DNA of 64,000 nt from Emiliania huxleyi CCMP1516 (lineage: Eukaryota), in NCBI RefSeq assembly GCF_000372725.1, contig NW_005202427.1:620001-684000 (forward strand). Direction: 5' to 3'. Position numbers and translations under genes: made by a program. Positions 57,647 to 64,000 of this stretch are shown in pieces (position 1 is the first letter of the stretch; every line of letters starts with the position of its first letter). A model generated the notes under the pieces. The model worked only from the letters and a program-made list of their open reading frames with translations, was not told the origin of the DNA and made no database searches.

Positions 57647-60600
57647 GGGGACAGCGACGGGGGCAGCAGCGCTGGTGGAAAAGCAATGAGCAACGAGGCC
57701 TCGGGTGGCGCCGAAGGCGGCGGCCGCGACGACGACGGCGGCGACAGCGACGAGGGGAGCGACAGCAGCAGCAGCGACGACAGCAGCAGCACCAGTGACG
57801 ATGGCGACAGCGGCGATGGTGAGAGCGGCGATGGCGGCGGCGGCGGCGGCGACGAGAAGGGAGCTGTCGACGAGGCGGCGGTCTTCGAGATACTCGTGCA
57901 GCACGGCGGCGGCGGACTCTCGGCGCTGCTGGTGCGCCGCGCCCACACCGACGCCGCGCTCCGCTCGCGCCTCGTGCGGCAGTGGCTCGAGACTCCGGCC
58001 GGCGCTGCGGCCGCGGCGACGGCGAGGCGAGGGCGGCGGGCTCCCGCCCCTCGCTCTCCTGCCGCCGCCCTCGCGCTCTCCGCGGACGAGGCGGCTACGG
58101 CAGCAGCGCAGGCGAGCCTACGAGCGGCGTCTCCGCCCGCCGCGGCATCTCCCCGCGCTACAGCTCCCCGCCCTGCAGCTCCCCGCCCGACAGCTCCCCG
58201 CCCTGCGGCACGGCCCTCGGATGGCTCCGCGTGCGCAGCGGCGCCCACTCTCTTCGTGATGGAGCGGTACCCGTGGGCGCCGCAGCCGGACTCGGCCCTC
58301 GCCGCGGGACGGCTCGCGGCAGTGACGCGCCTCGCCTTCCTCGTCGACGGGTGCGGCGCCGGAGCGGCACTCTTTTGCACCGTGTCCGACGAGGCGAGCC
58401 TGGCAGGCTTGCGCCGCAGCTTGGCGCGCCCGCTGCCGCGAGGAGGCGGCGGCGTGGCCCTTTCCCTCGCACTGCTCGCCGCGCCGTCTCGCTTCGCGTG
58501 CAGCGCCCCTTTCGCGCAGTGGCTTCTGGGCCTCGGCCGCGCGTGTAGGCGAGCCCGCGGCAGCGCGGCTGGTTGGCGGCGCGACTCGTGCCTTGCTCAC
58601 ACGCCTCGCCGTGCGCCGCCGTATAGGTGTGTCTTGCTGCGGGCGGACGCCCTTCCCCCAGCCGACGGGGCCATCGCTTTTGGCCGGTCGGCGCGGCAGC
58701 AGAGGGCGCTGCGTCTTGCTGCTGGGCCGCACCTCTACCCTCCGTTTGGGGCGGCCGAGGGCGCCGAGGGCGGAGGGGTCGCTGGCGGCGAGGCGGCCTT
58801 GTCGCTGCCGCCGTCACTGAGCACAGCGCCACCGATGACTCGCTTTGAGGTGCGGGCGTTGTGCGCGGGCGGCGCGTTCGTTGTGGGGGACGGGGCGACG
58901 CCGGAGGAGGAGGGGGAGGAGGAGGGGAAGGAGGAGGGGAAGGAGGAGGGGGAGGAGGAGGGGGAGGAGGAGGGGGAGGAGGAGGGGAAGGAGGAGGCCG
59001 CTTGTGCGGTGACGTCGGTGCCGCTGAAGGCCGAGGCGACCCCGCGCGACGCGACTCCTCGGCTCGAGCCGCCGCCTCCGCAGTGCATCGCTCGCTGCGG
59101 CCGGCGAGAGCTGCTTGCGTGCTTCCTCGGCACCGGCTAGGAACCTTCTAGGCACCTTCTAGGAGCTTTCTAGGCGAGAGCTGCTCGCGTGTTTCCTCGG
59201 CACCGGCTGCGCGGCGCCCTCGACGTACCGCGCGCCCGCCGCCATCTACCTCCACGCCTTTGAGCGCGGTGAGCCCGGCCCGGCCCTGCCGCCTCGCCGG
59301 TGGGGGGAAACACCCTTCCCCCCCACCTTTCCCCCCCCCCCCCCCCACCCTTCCCCCACCCCTCCTCTTCGGTCCCACCCCTCCTCTTCGGTCCCACCCC
59401 CTGCAGGCGGGCTCCTGCTCGACGCGGGGGAGGGGTGCCTCGGCCAGCTCGGCCGCACCTTTGGCACGGCCGGCACCGCCGCAGTGCTCCGGCGCCTCAC
59501 CGCAGTGTGGATCTCGCACGCCCACGCGGACCACCACCTCGGTCGCCGCCCCTCGCCGCGCCGCTCTCGCCGCCCGCCCGCCCGTTCTGCCACACCGTCG
59601 CCCAGTGCTCCTCTAGGCCTGCCGACGCTGCTCGCCGCCGTTGAGCGCGCACGCACGCCGCCAGCTCTGCCGCTTGGCGCGCGGCACGCCACGCCTCCTT
59701 TGCTCGTGATCGGGCCTCACGCCATCGGCCGGTGGCTGGAGCGGTACCAGGCCCGTCTCTCCCCACCTCTCCCCACTTCTCCCCAGCTCTCCCCATTTCC
59801 TCCCCAGCTCTCCCCAACTCTCCCCATCTCTCCCCATCTCTCCCCATTGTGATGGCTCGAGCGGTCCCAGGCCCTGCTGCCGCCGGCCCGCCGGCTCCGC
59901 GTCGCCTTTGCCCACAACGAGGCTGTGAACAACCCGCGCTGCACGGAGCGGCACTGGCTGCTCCGCCAGTCTGGGCTCGGGCTCGCCTCCCTCCGCTCCG
60001 TGCGAGTGCTGCACTGCCCCGACGCGTGGGGTGTCGTCCTCGACGGCAAGGCGCCCACATCCCCCCATACAAATCTCCCCATCTCTCCCCATCTCTCCCC
60101 ATCTCTCCCCACCTCTCCCCACCTCTCCCCATCTCTCCCCATCTCTCCCCATCTCTCCCCATCTCTCGCCATCTCTCCCCATCTCCCCCCACATCTCCAC
60201 GGCAGGGCGCCCCTCCGGCCGTGCCTCCGGCCCTCGCCATGCGCCGCGGCTCTGCGCCCTCTGACACACGCGCCCGCCCGCCGCCAGGCGGGCTGGCGGC
60301 TCGTGTACTCTGGCGACACGAGGCCGTGCTCCGCGCTGGCTGCGGCCGGCGCGCGCGCCACGCTCCTCCCCTCCTGGACCTTTCCCGGACCTCTCCTGGA
60401 ACCTTCCTGCAGGTGCGGGCGCCACCCTCCTCATCCACGAGGCCACCTTCAGCGCCGAGCAGTCCGCCATGGCGCTCCGCAAGCGGCACAGCTCCACCTC
60501 CGAGGCGCTCGGCGTCGCCGCCGCGATGGGCGCCTACCGCACCGTCCTGACGCACCTGTCTGCGCGGTACGAGAGCGAGGCGACGACCCTCCTCGCAAAA

Positions 60601-60917
60601 GGACACCGAACCCACACTCGGTTCGAGACTCTGGAGGTTGGTACCAGGCGTCGGCAGCGTGGGCGAGCAGCTCGTCCATCGTCGCCTACGACGGCCTCAC
60701 CCTCAACCTGGCGGACCTGCCGCGGTGCACTGCCGCCGCGCCGCCCATCGAGCGCTTCTTCAAGGCCGTCGCCGCCCGAGAGGCGACGGCGGCCGCCGCG
60801 GAGAGCGCGAGGCTGGCGGCGAGGTCCGTCTCGATCGAGACGTCGCTCGAGGTGCAGAGGTGGCTCGAGGAGGTGGTGGCGACCGTGGTGAGGACAGCGG
60901 CGGGTGGGCCGGGCTGA
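56760..60917 (+). CDS. ELAC2: Long-form ribonuclease Z (tRNase ZL), multi-exon; may extend to ~61700
   Basis: LLLNASEGLQR, GLPGLLLSL, FLGTGCAAPS, LLLDAGEG, WISHAHADHHLG, VYSGDTRPC, LIHEATF, KRHSS, LTHLSARY. Confidence 0.9.
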
Positions 60918-61830
60918 GCAAGGCGAGCGGGCCGTCCCGTCCCCGCCTCCGCCGCCCTCTCCGCCGCTCGGGGGCTGCCGATACTCACTGCACGGTGCGA
61001 GCCGCGCTCTCGTCTCGCCCCCGCCACCTCTCGCCCCTCCCGCCGCCCTCTCCCTCGGCCCCTCCTCTCGCCCCGCCCGACCCCGCCCTCATCCTCCCCT
61101 CGCCTCCCCTCGCGCAGGAGGAGGAGAAGGAGCTGCTCGAGACGCTGCAGCGGTTCGCCTGCCATCAGGGCCAGGGCGGCGGCAGAGGCGGCGGGTGGAC
61201 GCGCGCGGGCGGTCGGCGAGGCGGAGGTGGCTGGCGCGGGAGGGCCGGCGCGGGCCGCAGCGGAGGCGGAGGCGGAGGAGGGCGCGATGGAGGCGGAGCA
61301 GGAGCCGGAGCCCGAGGCGGCGGCGGAGGCGGGGTCGGAGGCGGCGGCGGCGGGGCAGCCGAGGCGGCCACTGAAGCATCGTCGCACCTCCGCTGCGCAG
61401 GGCGCGGCGCAGCTGGTGGCGGACGTCGAGGCGCTGGCGAGGGAGGGCGCCGACCGCGACTCGGCTGTGCGGAGCTGCGCCGCCACGCTCGACTGCAGCT
61501 TGCCCGCCCACCGCCCAGGGTGCGAGGTGCCGCTCCTCGGCCGCAGCCGCGCCAGCCGCGGCGCGCCTTCTCCGCCTTGGCGTCGGCGACGGGTGGGCAG
61601 CTGCAGCCGCCTCCTGGTGACCGTGGACGAGCCACGGTCCATTTTCTCCACCCCTCCCTCCGCCGCCGACTCGCCGACGACTCCTGAAGGCAGGCATCAA
61701 ATATTTCAAATGTCTAAGACGGAGAGCATCTTTGCTGGAAAATGTGAGGACATTCTTTTTCGCACAACTGTGTTAGTGCCAGTGCGCGCCAGTCCCGTGC
61801 CCAGTGTTGTGCGAGGGAGTTTGGTTGTAA

Positions 61831-61882
61831 AATTCTTTTTCGAGGTCTACCCGTCATGACGGGTTGACCTCGAAAAAGAATT
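61831..61882. repeat. 52-bp near-perfect palindrome
   Basis: AATTCTTTTTCGAGGTCTACCCGTCA|TGACGGGTTGACCTCGAAAAAGAATT, one mismatched pair, no loop. Confidence 0.95.
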
Positions 61883-61960
61883 ATTTCCCCGACAATGGCA
61901 TCACAATTTTCTTGACGTGGTCCACCAAGAGGCTCGCGGGGATCGGCGTGGTCCACTTGA

Positions 61961-62932
61961 CTAAGAGAAATCAGATTCACCAGGTCCGAGTATGAGTGGG
62001 CGGGGTTGCGGCCATGTGACGGTGACATCAAAGGGGGGCGGCGTTGCAGAAGGCGGCGACAGAGGCGGCGACAGAGGTGGTGGTGAGGGAGGCGGCGAGG
62101 GCGGCGGCGCCATACTCGGGGAGGGCGGCGGCGACGGGCTCGGGGAGGGTGACGGCGGCGGCGGAGGTGGCGGTGGGGGAGGCGGCGAGAGAGGCGGCGA
62201 CAGCAGTGGTGGTGAGGGAGGCGGCGGTGGCGGCGGCGGTGGCGGAGCGCGTATTGGGGTTGTGCACTCGCTGCATCCGTTGCAGTTCGCCCACTTGCAC
62301 TTCTCCTCAATCGGATGTGTCCGGTAGGCGCAGTACGTTTTGCATTGTGTGGGTGGGGAAGGCGGCGGAGCCAAGCACTCTGTGCAGCCACCGCAGCCGG
62401 GCCACTCGCACTTCTGATTCCAGGGTCGGGTTGCGAACGGGCAATGTGCCAGACAGGGCAGGCAAATTGTGCAGGTGTCACACCCGGCCCAGCCGCACTT
62501 CTCCTCACCCGTCCGGAGCTCGACCTGATGCTGCGCCTGCTCAAGTGCGAGTCGCGCCAGAAGATGCTCGATGTCAGTCAGGGGCAGCGCCTGACATAAC
62601 GTGAAATAGTGCGCGAGGCGATACTCACCCGACCCACCGTGCCCAGAGAGATCACGCGCCGCCCGAGAGCACTCCCACCCCCGCCGCCCTCGCAAGCTCG
62701 CAGGCTGGGTTGAGGAGAAGCAGCTAAGGGAGATCAAAGCGGGAGAAGGCGGCACGGGCGGCGGCGCGGCACCCCCCCATCCCCACGCCTCCGGGTCGTG
62801 CGTACCGCCTTCGGGCGTGAGTGTCCCCCCAGCGTCTGCTCTCCAGCAGACGCTCCGGTAATCAGGCCGAGAGTACCAGGGAGGAGAGGGGAGAAGAGCC
62901 CAGGGAGAGGAGAGGAGAAGAGCCGCCATCAT
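61961..62932 (-). CDS. Putative secreted protein (or fragment) with three Cys/Trp repeats and an extensin-like Pro/Ser tract
   Basis: KCGWAGCDTCTIC, KCEWPGCGGCTEC, KCKWANCNGCSEC, then (P/S)n; hydrophobic N-terminus MMAALLLSSPWALL. Confidence 0.5.
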   Translation of the reverse strand: MMAALLLSSPWALLPSPPWYSRPDYRSVCWRADAGGTLTPEGGTHDPEAWGWGGAAPPPVPPSPALISLSCFSSTQPASLRGRRGWECSRAARDLSGHGGSGEYRLAHYFTLCQALPLTDIEHLLARLALEQAQHQVELRTGEEKCGWAGCDTCTICLPCLAHCPFATRPWNQKCEWPGCGGCTECLAPPPSPPTQCKTYCAYRTHPIEEKCKWANCNGCSECTTPIRAPPPPPPPPPPSPPLLSPPLSPPPPPPPPPPPSPSPSPSPPPSPSMAPPPSPPPSPPPLSPPLSPPSATPPPFDVTVTWPQPRPLILGPGESDFS

Positions 62933-64000
62933 GGAAGATTTCCCCAAGGCGGCCTCCCTCTCCCTCTCCTCCCACCGGGCCTCCCTCTCCCCCTCCTCCC
63001 GCCAAGCACCAACAGTCTCGAGGGGCCAGCCGCTGGAGGGGGCACGCCAGCGGCACGAGGGCTTCAGCCACACAGCTACCAAGGGAACGCGACCCACACA
63101 AAGCACCAAAGTTAGGCATACCCCCCGGCGCAGTGTCCCCCGCTATGTGTCGCCGTTCGTCGGGGCACGCTATCCTGTGCAGTCAGGGCAAGTGTGGGGG
63201 CGGGGTGGAGTGCCCAGCGTCTTTACCCTGGGATTTCTCCGCCCAGTCCGGGGGTGCGTCGAACCTTCCATCACCCTGGGAACGTCCGGGTGTGTTGGAA
63301 GTAAAGATATATTACTTTTTGTCCAGTGCGTACCATCCACCACGTTTGCACGCCGCGCCGCCGGGACTGGCGCGCACCACTGGCACTAACTGGTTGGTAC
63401 ACCACAAAAAGAATTTAACCAAACCAACTCTCTCTCACACAGCAGACAGGCTCGACACAGGTGCGGACTGGCGCGTGCTAGCACTAACACAGGCAAACCA
63501 CCGGAGCCGCCTAAGCGACTCGGTAAGAACGGCAATGCAGGCGAGAGCTCGCGGGCCGAGGCCGCTCTCTCGCGTGCTGCTGCTCTTCGTGCTCGGGTGC
63601 GCGCCAGTCCCGTGCCCAGTAAAAGAAAGAAATAAAACAGACAACCCAAGGGAGGGATGGGAGAACGGCATAAATAAATAAATAGAGCAGTCATCTCCAG
63701 GGAGAGATGGGCGACGCACACGAACACAGAGGGACAGTGCGCACCCCGCCCCGCTCGCAGGGCGTGCATCATACAGGTGGACTGTGTGACTCCTCGGGTT
63801 TCTGGGACTCAGAGGTGTGCTAGTCGCTATTCTCCGACAATTCCGACATATCTGACGGGCAGTTCGGGCTCGAGCGGTCGCGGTCGCGGCCAGCGCGTGA
63901 GGCCTGGCTAGGGTTGCCGGGCGAGAGCTCGACCCACGCGCCGGAGCGCGCGTGGTGCTTGAGCAGCCGGGCGGTCGCCGCAGCCACCTCGAAGGGTAGC

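Noticed and set aside
53665..60917. Operon-like RNA-processing cluster (Smr nuclease + RNase Z)
   Set aside because: Divergent pairs are common throughout this gene-dense window; adjacency alone does not show functional linkage.

Overview
High-GC eukaryotic nuclear DNA. Short GC-AG and GT-AG introns full of micro/minisatellites, two 100-N gaps and a selenoprotein are consistent with a haptophyte such as Emiliania (Gephyrocapsa) huxleyi, but this is an inference. The window holds about 20 protein-coding loci: two intronless BTB genes, a GARP/MYB-CC transcription factor, a Nudix hydrolase, an alpha/beta hydrolase, a SelM-like selenoprotein (in-frame UGA), a PPR protein, a KNL2/M18BP1-like SANTA+SANT protein, an unrecognised helical-repeat protein, a K+ channel with EF-hands, SEC20, RAB3GAP2-N, a P-loop kinase, COG1-like, MMS19, DAP3/mS29, a sulfotransferase, a CCCH/3'-5' exonuclease/Smr fusion and long-form RNase Z. 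It also has several gene fragments, two TIR-bounded MITE-like elements and modular dispersed repeats. Four signals stand out: (i) introns whose 5' end copies the start of the next exon and which end in (CTAGGAACCTT)n supplying the acceptor AG; (ii) a SelM-like CxxU protein with a C-terminal membrane anchor; (iii) a 17-bp motif shared upstream of both intronless BTB genes; (iv) an RNA-decay-like CCCH+DEDDy+Smr fusion. No rRNA, tRNA or CRISPR array was recognised. Family calls come from motif recognition by eye, and most exon boundaries are approximate.
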